From: Lingula anatina | Lineage: Eukaryota > Animalia > Brachiopoda | Direction: 5' to 3' | Assembly (NCBI GenBank): GCA_051362555.1 | Contig: CM120641.1 | Coordinates: forward strand, 35,160,401 to 35,224,400 | Length of the DNA: 64,000 bases | In this document: in pieces, positions 46,601 through 59,251 of the stretch | Layout: every line of letters begins with the position of its first letter | How positions within the stretch are numbered: position 1 is the stretch's first letter | Translations under genes and position numbers: made by a program | The notes under the pieces: model-generated | What the model saw: the letters and a program-made list of their open reading frames with translations, nothing else | Databases searched by the model: none | What the model was told of the DNA's origin: nothing

Positions 46601-48803
46601 AATCAGATTAAAAGATTAACATGCCTCCTATTGTTTCCCCATATTACAGCATCATCAGCTTTTCTGTATTCTATTTAAGGCCAGGAGGAGGTGGGTTAAC
46701 CTGATTACGTAATAGATAGACCCAGAGTCAGCGGGGGTTATGTGGCATACACGAGTGCGTAGCACGAGTGGATGTCACATAACCCTCGCTGACGAGGGGT
46801 CTATCTTATTTAGACCACGGGCCCATTAGCGGGTTATAACGCATTCATTCGAGACGTGCGGTTATCCGAGTTACACCACGTCCGAGTCTTTTGTTCTTCA
46901 CTTCCACCGTGGTCTAAATTCAGTGAGAGTCCCCTGAGGGTTAATTTGAACAACTTAATACAATAGTTTTATTGTAAACACACCCATAGACAGTACCTGG
47001 TATTTCCTGAGGTAGAGGATACTGAAATGGGTACATGTACTGCCCACGAGGGATGGTCCCACCTGAAATCAAATGGGCAAAATGTGATATCTGTAAACAA
47101 TTACAAACTTCACACGCTATACATAAAACCTTTTTGGTGGTTAAACACCAATAAAGCATACAATACAAAATCAATGTAGTCTTTCACAAGGTGTTACTGG
47201 CAGACTTGAATTGACCACATGAATGTTCCTCTTCAGGGGCGGATTTAGGCCGTCTTCTGGGTCTTCTGGAAGACGGTCAAATTTTCAAGTTTACATTGTC
47301 AGCCATCTAATGTTTTCTGTTGGAAGACGGTCAAAAATAGAAGATGGATCAACAAAGATAATGTGGAAGACTGTCAGAAAATATCTCTGGATCCACCCCT
47401 GCTCTTAATTTTATCTTTGTTAAGTACTGTATGATAATGTTATGTAGTTACATGTAGAACCTGTCTATTCAACAATTCAGAAGACAAGCTGTATCTAAAT
47501 TCAAAGAAAAAATCTTACTGGTAGATTGGTAGAGCTTAAAATCACAGTTAACATATTCTTGATGGCCCTTCACACGTTCTAATGCTGCACTCTCTCCAGA
47601 TGAAGTAGACTGAATGTCTTCAAACCAATCTGAAAGAACGCTTAATTACATGAACCATATGGTCAATTAGATTTTTCTCAAGTTACTTGTGTTTCAACAG
47701 TTTTATATAGAAGTAAAAGTCATAAAACTAGTATACACATCACTGAGGAAATCCTAGAGAGAAATTTTTTTCTATTTATCTCCAGAAACAAATATTTTCC
47801 AGAAAAGACTTGTCAAAAAACAAAGCAATTTGGCACATCATTTCTAATAGTGATACAGCACAATATCTCTCTCTCTATTATTCTGCCTTCTGAGTTCAAG
47901 ATTTCATTCTGGCATTTTTCAAGTGTTGTGTTGTTGGTCAACACAATTTTTTTGTCTCTTGGTAAGAACTGCAACCTTTTATGCAACAAAGATTGTGCCT
48001 GCCCAAAAGAAAAAAAACTCACACTTTTCATATCCTCTGATCTTCAGCTTGATGCCATGTCCGCTTGTTGGTGATCTTATTATCAGATACACAACTCTAA
48101 AATAGAAATAATAGTCTATACTTGATTTAATGTAGACCTTAAACGTAATTCTAGTTAACTCACTTCACATGGAGTGAGGAGATTGTATATTTTCATACAG
48201 GATACAACTCCTTGAATGGAATTAGCACACATTTCCCTATGCACTGACAACACAGCTAGGTACTGATAGATACTAGAAGTAACATCCATGTACTTTGCCC
48301 CAAACCTTCTCTGATTTTGATTTTGATTTTTTTTTTTTTTGGTAAATTCAGCCTTATATACATGTGGTTGACTAAATTAGTTCTATTTTCTAAGCTATTT
48401 AAGTAAATAAGTTTGGTAATTAATTAATGATTATCTGATGTTTTTATTTTTTAAAAACCTTCAAGTTCATGCAAATACCAGTATAATGAGGGCGGAGATA
48501 ACTTCAGGGGTGAACATAGAAAAATCACTTAATAAATTACTATAACTTATACAGGTTATAAGCAAACACATTCTTTGCTACGAGATATAACATGGGTTTT
48601 CCAATTGAGTCGTTAGTCAAAATGCATCATAAATTGTGAATTTTGTCAGCTCATCAACTATTTGTTTGTAATTGAGAATTTTCAAAACGTGAGACAAAGC
48701 TGTCCACTAAAACATGGCACAACTTGCAAGTGACAACTTACCCTGCCACTATTTCTCCACCAAAGTATTCCCCCTTGTCGGTGCGAAGAAGAATTTGATT
48801 CAT
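31660..48803 (-). CDS. Arrestin-fold (Arrestin_N + Arrestin_C) protein, ~383 aa, 12 exons
   Basis: Phase-consistent exons 48803-48742, 48096-48023, 47629-47519, 47062-46997, 46304-46210, 45966-45833, 45411-45315, 45016-44838, 44470-44377, 44030-43932, 31933-31846, 31712-31660. Motifs YFGGEIVAGVVYL, GQYMYPFQYPLPQEIPGTF, LNRSAYHAGETAVLNLGVENRTSKRINKITIKL, CEYNVQVEV. The exon 8/9 junction is the least certain. Confidence 0.88.
32187..32950 (+). repeat. 161-bp satellite-like tandem array (family recurs at ~33057-34160, 34560-35000, 39000-39670 and inverted at 41640-42432)
   Basis: Unit starts CCGATAACACG at 32187, 32348, 32509, 32670 (period 161), with near-identical units. Confidence 0.95.
32961..38298 (+). 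mobile_element. Nested HINE-like copy 2 (same orientation)
   Basis: Has its own 5' palindrome/microsatellite at 32961 and its own 3' subTIR/hairpin at 38268-38298. The flanks rejoin as GTTATACTGTTT|TTTCACATTTCC, the uninterrupted motif seen at 34147, 37093 and 39659. Confidence 0.85.
40840..42552 (-). mobile_element. Nested HINE-like copy 3 (inverted, ~1.7 kb)
   Basis: Reverse-complement 3' end AACAAGGCAGCAAAGCTGTCAAATGTACAGAC at 40840 and reverse-complement 5' end ATGTACAGACACATCTGTGTCTGTACATAAAAA ending at 42552. Confidence 0.88.
43515..43686 (+). mobile_element. Degenerate CAGGGGCGGAT-type MITE inserted in the HINE
   Basis: Homologous to 47234-47401. Duplication TTATTG on both sides; the empty site CTGTAATCTTATTGACCAT is present in the paralogous segment at ~36314. 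Confidence 0.75.
46672..46920. mobile_element. Palindrome-rich non-autonomous element (Crypton-associated type, tentative)
   Basis: Long hairpin AGATAGACCC..TCAGCG..GTTATGTGGCAT..[CACGAGTGCGTAGCACGAGTG]..ATGTCACATAAC..CGCTGA..GGGTCTATCT, followed by the inverted pair ATTTAGACCACGG / CCGTGGTCTAAAT. Confidence 0.55.
47234..47401 (+). mobile_element. CAGGGGCGGAT...ATCCACCCCTG MITE
   Basis: 11-bp TIR (1 mismatch), 5-bp flanking duplication CTCTT, internal GGAAGAC repeats. Confidence 0.8.
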
Positions 48804-49371
48804 GGCGTCTCAAAATGGAGTTGTTTTGGTTTTCGTCTCATTGTAGGATAAAAAATGCCGCATCACAATAACATACAGAAAGTAAGTTGAGAAATAGGGT
48901 CGCGGAAATGTTTACGGTGCAGCAGTGACACCTGTCGAGATATTTACCATGACGAGCCTTTATCAAAACATTGTAGTAGACTATGTAGACTCTGTACGAA
49001 CTGTCTGCAGCGGCATGATGGACGTTATATATTAATTCTAACGTTGCACACTGCTCCTGATAATATCTTTGATCCAAGAAACTTTGCCAGTACGTTCTAT
49101 TCACGTATAAAACGTTTGATGAAATTTACAAATTAGAATTTTTTTGTTTATTCTACCCCCCACCAAAAAAAAACAAAAAAACACGAAAAATATTTCACAT
49201 TTTGCATAACTACAATTTCCACTTTAATGATCGGTTCTCACGTGTTTAAAACGCTCCCACAATATATATCATGTGTAGGTTATTCTGACCCAGATAGCAA
49301 TTAAGCAGTTCCACCCATATAAAGAGGTGGCCAACAACTAATCGAAGTATGTCCAAATAGGCAAGGTGGAA

Positions 49372-49895
49372 TGAGTTCATTCCACTGGAGAGGGTGTCAT
49401 GTGGGGCTATTCCATTGCATCTGAGGGATGTCAGGTGGGGCGAGTCCATTCCAACGGAAAGGGTGACAGGTAGGGCGAGTCCATTTCATTGAAAGGGGGG
49501 TCAAGTAGGGCAAGTCCATTCCATTGGAATGGGTGTCAGGTGGGGGCGAGTCCATTTAACTGAAAGGTTGACAGGTAGGGTGGGTCCATTTCATTGAAAG
49601 GGGGTCAGGTAGGGCAAGTCCATTCCATTGGGAGGGGTGTCAGGTGGGGCGAGTCCATTTCAGTTGAGGGATGTCAGGCTGGGTGAGTCCATGTCAATTA
49701 AAGGGGTGGCAGGTGGGAAAGGTCCATACTGTTGGAGGGGTGTCAGGTGGGTCAAGTCCATTCCTTTAGAGGGGTGTTATGCAGGTCGAGTTCATTTCAT
49801 ACAAGGGGCGTCAGTTACTAAGACAAGTCCATTCCATTGGAGGGGGTAGGTGGGTCGAGTTCAAACCATCTGAGGGAGTCAAGTGGGTTAAGTCA
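49372..49895. repeat. G-rich ~32-33-bp minisatellite (about 15 diverged units)
   Basis: Consensus GAGTCCATTCCATTGGAGGGGTGTCAGGTGGG(C). Confidence 0.9.
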
Positions 49896-52860
49896 ATTTT
49901 ATTTTAAGACTCTCAAATTTAGCTATTTCACCATCAATGGAAGGTATTATAAAAACGGGTCCTCAAGAAGTGAAGTCAATCATAGGTGACCCTGGCCACC
50001 CAGCAATTTGTTTGTTTATATCACAAGGTATGTCATTAATACGACAACAGTCCTTAAAGGCAACTTCTACACGCACCAGAAGTTTTTACCCCTCAGCAAC
50101 CAGCATTTTTAACTTGTTAAATTCGAAATTTGTGACAAAAATGCAGGATGGAATTAGAAATATATTTCAAATATTATTTTTAATTATTTCAAATTTATAT
50201 TGTTATATCCTAACCTTTAAATTTCGGGCAAATTTTGACTGTTGCCATGAAAAAAACGTGGTTACATCAAAATTTTTCATCTTTTTCATTTTTTTTTTTT
50301 TTTTTTTTTTTGTTCAAAAATTTAAATTGAAGTAAATATATGAAGAATAGCTCACAATATATAAATCAATTAAAAAAAAAAACAAAAAAAACAGAAAATC
50401 ATAACCCATCAAAAGTGGACCCGTCCTGTATAAAAAATATCGAAAAATTATATCAAGGACAATTGAATTAGTTCCATTTTCCTATAGAAAAAATTTACTG
50501 TGATTTTTAAAAAGCAGGATTGTAAATTTATACAAGTTTGATCTTTAAATGCGGTTTGTTGGAAAGTGCTTTAGCTATTTTCTCTTAGCGTGTTAAAACA
50601 GATTAAATGCTCAAATTCCATTATTTACAAGATACTTGGCATTTTACAATTTAATTTTAGATACCACTGAAAACCGTCAATCACAAAAGCGTCCAGACTT
50701 TATTTACAGATCAGATATAGCGGATTGATTTTTATACAGTCAAACACGTGATAATACCACTCAAATTCTTCTTATCATAACTACTATCTTTTTCATCATA
50801 ATTTCATAACAAAATTTTAAAAAAACGATTTACAAAAGTATTTATTCAGTTTTCATATAATAGATGCACGAATGAGCGTGGGGCTCCTAGGTGTGAAACA
50901 AAGGCTAGGCACCGTGGCGGCTTGCTGAAGCATGTGCGAAATGTACTTGATCTTCTGAAAAGAAAAAAAAAGATAATATTTACAACCTAAGACTAAACGG
51001 GCAGGTTTTTAACATACGAATAATGCATGTAATATCACAGAGGAGAGGGTACTTGTAATCAAAATGAATTGCGTGTTTGTTGACTCGTCTGATGTTCAGA
51101 TTCAGCTAGCACAGAAAAAAAAACTAATCAAGGTTGCCTAACGACAAAATTATGATCTTGAATCAGTTAATGCTATAACTATCTGAGACCCCTCCCTAAA
51201 AAAGAAACATTGATAACACAACCCGTCTCATTATTTCTCTTGATATTAAAGGTTATAACACTTATTGTGGTACATGTTGACGCATTTCAGAGAAGCGTAA
51301 AAAAACTCAGTTAAATTCTCTTCTACTAATATACCTTGCGCTTGTACAATAATTGCAATAGAAAGTTTTTTTTTTCAAAAAAAATCCTTTTAAAACTATC
51401 GCAATTGTGGTCGAAAGAGTTGATAAAATTGTTGATAAAATTTGACTATGGAATTGATATGCACATTGACGGGACACACTTATCTTTGGATCAGACGCTC
51501 AGAACTATGTCACTCATCATCTTATTAATTAATCAGTGATCTTGGTGGTAACACTTATATTTGAACACACGCCCTTTAAAATTGGGTCAAAAATATTCGA
51601 AACCAATTGTCAAGGGGGCACACAAAATGTTTAAACAGAACTAAAAAAAAGTGCAGAGCCAAAAGATTCCAAGCAAACTAAAGTTATCATCAAAAGTCAG
51701 AGTACCGTTCATCTCGTACATTTGGAGTCCCAATGAATTATAACCAATAAATTATACTTGTATGACTGACATACAAGTAACAAAGGCAATGGTAGGACAA
51801 GGACTCATGTCATAAATATTCGTCGTATATATTCTTACATTCGTCTGCACTTTTAGTATGTAATGGCGTTGGTTACTGAAGAATAAGGATACTCACAAAC
51901 ATGTATTTGCTTCTACAATGTATGCCATATAAAAGCTCGACCTTGTGACTGCATTACACATACTGTTGCGTCTACACCCCACTCTGTACAACTGCCAAGT
52001 GAGCATTTGGGAAGACAGCTCGCACTACGATGAGCAACTTATTTTTATGCAAATTGCAACAGGCAGGCTCATTTAGGTGAGAGGTCGTTACTTGCCCCAG
52101 TCTTCGCTGGTAAGCGTACCATGAGCATGTAAGGCCAAAAACCGAGGCAATGTTGTTACTGAAACCGTTCACGAAGATTCAATAAATCCGGTGGCGATGC
52201 TTCACGTACGAGCAAATTTGATTTGAGGACTAGGAATGGGCCGTAACATACGTTGCTCATCCGTAAATCTTTACACCAGGTGTGACAGAGCCCTTATATA
52301 TTGGTAAGACCACGTTAAGAAAACGAGATTCTCTCACTCTGTACTATACACTGCTACTTTTATTGTCATTGATCCGAGAAAACGTATGAATTTTGATGAA
52401 ATTTACAAATTATACATATAAATATTTATTTAGCCAATATATTTTGGCTTAATAATTGTTTATCTTATTATTTTGAGGCCTCTCCTTGTGTGAATGTATC
52501 TATTAAAGCAGTAGTTTTAGACTGAAAGATGCAGTAAGTCGTCAACATAAGGAAATTGAAACAGTTCACAAAATTTCTCGATATGTATAAGATATAGACC
52601 AACGCATTTCCGACAGCAGTGGCGTTTTATTTTCATTAGAAACATTTTACAATGCAAGCTCCAGCAAGATCTTCCTCATTAATAATCATTTTACAGGATT
52701 TTTGTAGTTTGAACGTTTGTCACGTCTTATATATAGCAACTCGCTACTGTATTCATCGGTGACTTTAAAACATCCCATGTTTTGCTGTTTCAAAATTTTT
52801 TTTCAACCTCACTTCTGTTTCCTTGATTATCGACCTCGCTTCCCTTCGAGCCTTTTACTG

Positions 52861-53077
52861 TTAGGGCGGACCCTTTTCTCTTCTTTCTCTGTCTCGTCTT
52901 TCATTCGCTTCCTCACGCCGTCTTGCAAAAACGTATTCAGCATAGGTAAGATATCCATCATTGTCTAAGTCGTCTTCCTCCAGAACAGTATCAACTATTT
53001 CTGAAAAAATAAAAAAAGAATTTAATATATGTCATCATCCAGGTGGTGTGTGTGAGAGAGCGAGTGTGTGTTTGTGC

Positions 53078-53115
<38 letters not shown>

Positions 53116-54502
53116 GTTGCTTCAAATGTCTATACAGCTAAAATTTTTCCCATTACTAAAACATTTCGTCAATCTATCAAAATATAACTGGACCTGTGTA
53201 ATAGTGCAGGTAGTCATCAGGCACTGGTTTTTGTCTTTTATGCAGCTCTCGTTTTTGTTCATCGATTTCTCTTTCCATCTCTTCTCGTGCTGAAAAGTGC
53301 GTTAGTGCAGAAAGAATTTCCAGCCCGTCCAACCTGCTATTGTTGTCAAAGTCATGGAGCCTAAAATAGTTTATGAGAAAAAAAAGAAAAAAAATCTCAT
53401 GCAAAGACAACATCCAACTAGAATGCAAATGTCATATTCAAATCCATTCTGATGACCATTTCTTTATCACTACATATATAGTTCCGTTAAATATTTGTAA
53501 CAGTCGAGTAAATCATTGTCTTCTTGTATCGGATAAATGTATGGGAAATTATGAATTACCTACACGTGTTTTCAACATTCGTTCACAACGGCATCTAGTC
53601 ATTTGATAAATCGCAGTCTATCATGATAATTTATATACATTATGCAATAACTCATGAGAAGCAAAAGATAAATGTATTCTTTCAAACCGTACTTAAAGTA
53701 ATGAAATTCTAGTTCTTCTGGTGTCAATGCCGTTTCGTTTATATCCGTCAGTCCTTCGTAGTGCTCCTTGATATGCCTGGAAAATTTAATGTAAACAAAA
53801 CCATTGATCAAGCAGATAATCTCAGCATTATTGTCGTTCGAGTATGATCAAAATGAAACAGTATCGGATCCCTTCTTGTCTCTCATTTCGTAGCTTCACT
53901 CTAGGTATGTGTCAAACACAAAAGAGAAAACTTCTAATCATTCCCCGGTGAAATCATTTACTCAAAATATACGTAAATGACAGTATTTTTCCAAAAGTCA
54001 TTTACCTAACTGCAAATGGGGGAGGGGGCTTGGAGAATCGGAACCTTTTTTTCTAAAATGGAATAGCAGATTAATATCCTTATATCCTGTCCTTCTCCAC
54101 AAAAGGCGTACTTCAAAATGAAAACTCCCTTGACGAATTCATTAAAAATGACGCACGGGGTGGAAGAGGGTTGAGGAAGGGCATTTTCGATCATAACCCT
54201 TGTACCGTTTTCCACACTCACAATATATATATATATATATATATATATAGTGCGGATGATATTGTTTCAGATTTAGCAATTAAGGTATTCTTCAGAGGGA
54301 GAGGGGGGAATCCCGTATGTCTCATAAAGACTACTCACTGCGCATCCTGGACGACTCGTGGATCGTGGAAATGGTTGGCAGATCCCCTTTCCCCACTCGC
54401 AGTCGGTGCATGACCATGACCCCCTGCGTGAGCCTCACTCAGGCTTATCATCAGAGCCAAGGCCAGTATGGTGGCTCCCGTTTGCTTCCATCCCTGACAC
54501 AT
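52861..54502 (-). CDS. MCFD2: Multiple coagulation factor deficiency protein 2 homolog (luminal 2x EF-hand), 184 aa
   Basis: Exons 54502-54339, 53776-53693, 53360-53194, 53000-52861. Signal peptide, HIKEH..[53 protein letters not shown]. Confidence 0.93.
53081..53112. repeat. (AG)n microsatellite
   Basis: Direct reading. Confidence 0.95.
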
Positions 54503-54577
54503 TGCCGACCTGAAAATAAGTTATTATTAAATTCTTTAAAAAAGAAGTTGAGCAAAATTAAACAAAGCTCTTAATGC

Positions 54578-54736
54578 CGGTAACGTGACAGAGAGCCCCT
54601 ACCCCGACCCCCATGATAGAGAGTCCGCTTCCCATTCATTTGTACAGGTAAGCCTCGCCCTAGATTTTGACCCATTTAGGTCAGGCTAACCCTAACCATT
54701 ATAACTAAATGGAGGGCGGACTTTCTGTCACACGGG
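54578..54736. repeat. Short dispersed inverted-repeat element (related fragment at 20911-20945)
   Basis: GTGACAGAGAG / CTTTCTGTCAC inverted ends and an internal CTAACCCTAACC. The reverse complement of 54702-54735 matches CCGTGTTACAGAAAGTCCG..TTTAGTTA at 20911. Confidence 0.55.
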
Positions 54737-57339
54737 CCCTAAGTTTTGTTACACCAGATTTCAGATTGAAAAAGACCAAAAAAGTGGCACCAGTGTTTAA
54801 CACCATGTAACTATAGCTACCTGTCTTCTAACTATAACGTGGCTTCTTTGTAAACTAGCGGAAGTTGTCTCGATTGAAACGTGTTCGCTTCCACCTAATC
54901 ACGATGAAGGTGTGCTGTTACTTGTATCTGGTGTCAACACATAAGACGATTGAAATCAAGTTGACGATATATGATATGCAGACAGATCACATTTACAAAT
55001 GTAGTACGTGGAATTTCGTTTTGTACTACAGGTATTCCGTTTGTTTGTCAGCCGGCGTATCGTTAAGTCCTGTTCCCCCAGTCCTATATTGCTCTATACC
55101 CACGTACCTAGTTTAAAGGCCACTTTTTAACATGGGTCGTTGGTTTTACTCTAAAGATTCACAACCTGAAAGCTCGAAATGCTACGTAAAGGTAGATAAC
55201 TAAAGGCTATCCAGGGTCTGGGTCTGCTGGTTTCTTTACAATAAAGTGACAATATGAAAGACAGCACCTGTATAACAAGACAGTTGTATGTAACAATGGC
55301 ACAAATCCTTACAATGCGTAATTTTGGGTGTGATTATATAGAATCAAACTGAGAGAGACAGTCCTCATATGGTAGACACATACATCTAACAGATGGCAAT
55401 AGGCTTATGTTTTACTTCGGTAAAATGTACCCATCCCAATCAAGTTATAATTTTTTCTCGTTTTGCTTGGTTAACTCCAAGTGTATGTACTCGAATGTAG
55501 TGTGCCACCGGTGCGCGTCACCATGGTGATAGTTTTATTGATTTTATTCCGTAGCGTGGGTGAGACCATCATAAATCAGGATATACTTACGCAGAACGGG
55601 GCTGTGTCACTTCCATGGTTGTTTTAACTCCAGGCCCAGGCGAAGTAGAATAGGTCCTAAACAAATGTCCCTCCCTATTCTACTTCACCTGTTTCGAATA
55701 CTCAAGGTTCAGGTTTAGTCTTACCGTTTCTTTTCCTCGGAAAACGCAGCTGCTACATGAAGATGCTTTGTCGACTCCCCTGCGCCAGTCTCGTTTTGAA
55801 GTAGATAGATGGAAATTAGCAATCAATACATATGCAGTTGATGCCATGCATATATTGGATACGTTAATGAAAAAAATGGACAAATCGCCCGTTTTACACG
55901 CATTTCAACTAGTACACATTTTCTTTAAAATTGTCGCAATTGTCCTGTACATTGTTTCAGTTGCCAATAAGGAAACGTGTCTGGGCAAACTTCACCTTGA
56001 CCGCAATCCAAAAAATGTTATTCTAGGTTTCTCATTTCATTTCACGAGTATCATTATATTTCCGTAACTCACATGTAAGTTTTAGAGAATTTTATTGTAT
56101 TTAGTTGGATTTGCTGATACTGTACGTTTATGAGATCGTTTTTTAAAATTATTTTCCATTGCAATGAATAAAAAAGGAACTCCAATCGATGCAAATTGAA
56201 GTAGAAAAGGAAACCTTTGGATAATTTGTGCTATTCACTTTTATGCGAAAATGAATTCATTTTGGCAATTTGAGAAAATACATCCCAAGGCGGGAAAATA
56301 CCACCTATGACATGTTTGGAAAATATCATAGATGAAAACAATTTTGTGAATTGAGCGTTTTTATCTTTTAGCCGTCGTACATTATCCACCCTGGCTGCTT
56401 GATGTTTGATTTGCTCTAGTTAATGGGTCAATTTCGAATGGGAATTTTACCGTTTTATGTAGAAACATGCACGTATACAAACATAAATAAAAGAAATAGA
56501 TGAAAAACACTTCTTACCTCAGTGTACTGTATACAAAAGAAAGATCTGAATTTAATAATACGTTGGGTCTTCAGTCTTATGGGATAAGTTCTTTAGAATA
56601 CATGTACATTACGAAAAATATGACAGCTTGCAAAATTTATAGTAACAATATACGATATATAGGCTATGTAAGACAAAAACAATTATAATCGTTAAGTGTC
56701 TATAAGCCCGAAGGGCTGGGTGTTTTCCTCAACATGTAACATATGACACTATACCAAATGAGGGAATGAACTAATGAATGAATGAATAATGGGATAAAGC
56801 TTTGAAAACGAGATTTTCAAAACAATCTTAAAGACATAATGGAATACTTTGTTTTCTAAGAAAAAAGACAAAATTTTATTGCTAGATGATGCGCATAAAC
56901 AGTAGTCCTTTAAGTATCCTTCACATACAAGTGTAAAGCACATTAGCTAAAATTAATACTTTTTTTTCACTATCCTGAATTGCTACTGAAACCAGACCGA
57001 TGTATATCACATTTAAGCGATCTGATGATAATCTCGGCGCGTGGAAGTTTGCACGTGCCGCTTCAGCATGTGCTTGACACATTCCTGGACAGAGCTATGA
57101 TGACTAAATGAAAACCTCGGGAGTGATCAGCCAGAAATTATCTGCTCATTAGCGTCAAGAACACCGCGTATACATTGGATTAACTTTTCCTTTTGATACG
57201 TCCAATTAGGCCCAAACCGTCGATTACGATGTCAATGTAATTGGGAAGTTAATTTTCTGTTTGTTGATTGAATTTTAAAGTATTGATCTCGCTTCCTGAA
57301 TGTGCTCTTCCTATTTCATTGTTCATTGCGCAAGGAATC

Positions 57340-57808
57340 AAATCTGTGTACTTCATTAGGCCAATAGAGAGATCTGAAGAAGAGCTCAAATGTGTGTGTG
57401 TGTGTGTATGCTGAAGGGGGGGGGGAGTGTGCTCTTTCCTTCATTTACAAATACGTTCCTTACGTTTGTAATATTGCATTTATTATTCTTCTTCAAAGCA
57501 ATATTTACCGATGATTAAAATATATTGGAATTTGCTGCTTTAAGAAATCACATCTATTACAGGGACTGCTGGATTATATTTATTATTCATTTATCTTTTA
57601 AGAAATTATTAACGAAAAGAGCAGAAGAAACATGTATCGTTCTTTATCCACACATTAACCATTTACTAGAGGTAATAGCCGAGAAAAATATTTTATTTAG
57701 TATTTCCAGTTAAAGTAGGACTATTATATATTATTACACCATATAACATTTATGGCGAAAATCTGTGCACTTTATTAGGCCAATAGGGAGATCCGAAGAA
57801 GAGCTGAA

Positions 57809-57849
<41 letters not shown>

Positions 57850-58100
57850 TCGGGGAGGGGGGGGGGTTGTGCTCTTTTTTTCATTTACAAACATGTTCCT
57901 TCCAGAATCCTGGCATTTATTATGTTTGTTTAAAGTAATATTTACCGATGTTAAGAATATATTGGAATTATCTACTCATATCTATTACAAAAACATTTTA
58001 TGTAATATTTTTCCAGTTTAAATAGGACTATCATATATAATTACACCATATAACATTTATGGCGAAAGTATAATTACACCATATAACATTTATGGCGAAA
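57340..58100. repeat. Diverged tandem duplication (~420-bp unit, second copy partly deleted) containing (GT)n, plus a terminal ~31-bp duplication
   Basis: AAATCTGTG(T/C)ACTT(C/T)ATTAGGCCAATAG..GAAGAAGAGCT starts at ~57340 and ~57759. TTACACCATATAACATTTATGGCGAAA occurs three times. Confidence 0.85.
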
Positions 58101-59251
58101 AGGAAAGTTACTTATCAGATTTTACCAACTTCATGTGCTCATAATTATACTATCAAATTTTATACTTGGCATTTTGATAAATTGTTTTTTCATACTAACT
58201 TTTCACTGTGATATTAGTTTTTAATGGGGAATAATTAACAATAACAGTATCCAGATTAAACAGCAGGTCCACAGTAGGGAATACTGCATCGATGAATATA
58301 ATTATAACTTGCTGTGACGGAGGAAGACTTTGTTCATTAGAGATATGAGACATCGCTCAGCCGTGGTGTTGTCTACTGTCGTCTCCATTTTAGCAACATG
58401 GATTGTGCAGCAAATTGATTTCGATCGAATCTGAAGCTATTTCATTACAAGGTGCCACAGGACAGAAAACAAAATCATTCAAATGCCTTGGTCAGCGCTA
58501 GAGTTTGAAAAAATCCAATTTCCAATCGCTGATAAAATTCATGAAGTTCTTTAAAAGGCAATCATTTCGATATGAACAAATTAACCTGCAATCAGTCTTA
58601 AAACCAGTTGAATTTGCGATTTGATGAAACGGATTGATATGTGCCGATTGCATTTTGCTCGGAGTTGCAGGGCAATTTCCGAAATCAATTTGATATTATA
58701 ACGATCAATTCTATTTTCCTCCTCGGTATCCTTTGTAGTTCTTTCAATCCATAGACCACAGAACTGGGATTTTCTTTTCTGTAAACACCCTTTCTCAAAT
58801 AAAAAAGATTTGCATATTTTTGGCTTTAAAGACAATAGCTTCGTTATTTTTTTTATCAATATTAACAATGGTGTATGAAACAAATGGGAACTTTAAGACG
58901 AGAACACTAACGCTATTTTCCAAAATAAATTCTTAATAGGTCGATTTGAAAGATTCCCAGACGAACCGCTAAGGCTTCTTTAAACCTATCCCTTAGATTG
59001 CAGAGTCTTATTGTATATATTCAATGTCATTTTACTGCATCTTGTCTATAATATGATAATGTAAATCACATTCACCAACTTTATACCAAAGTCGAGTAAA
59101 CCATTTGGCTGTAAATTCCTATGACTGTGAAGGATATCTGAACAAACATCACTATCAAAATTTCCTGTTATAAAAGAAACAAAGAAACAATAACCCCATC
59201 TATCCCTGAAAATCCACAACCTCTCTTATTTTGACGTTGTCAGGTGGCGGC

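Noticed and set aside
49628-49849. Gly-rich 73-aa ORF
   Set aside because: Translation of the minisatellite.
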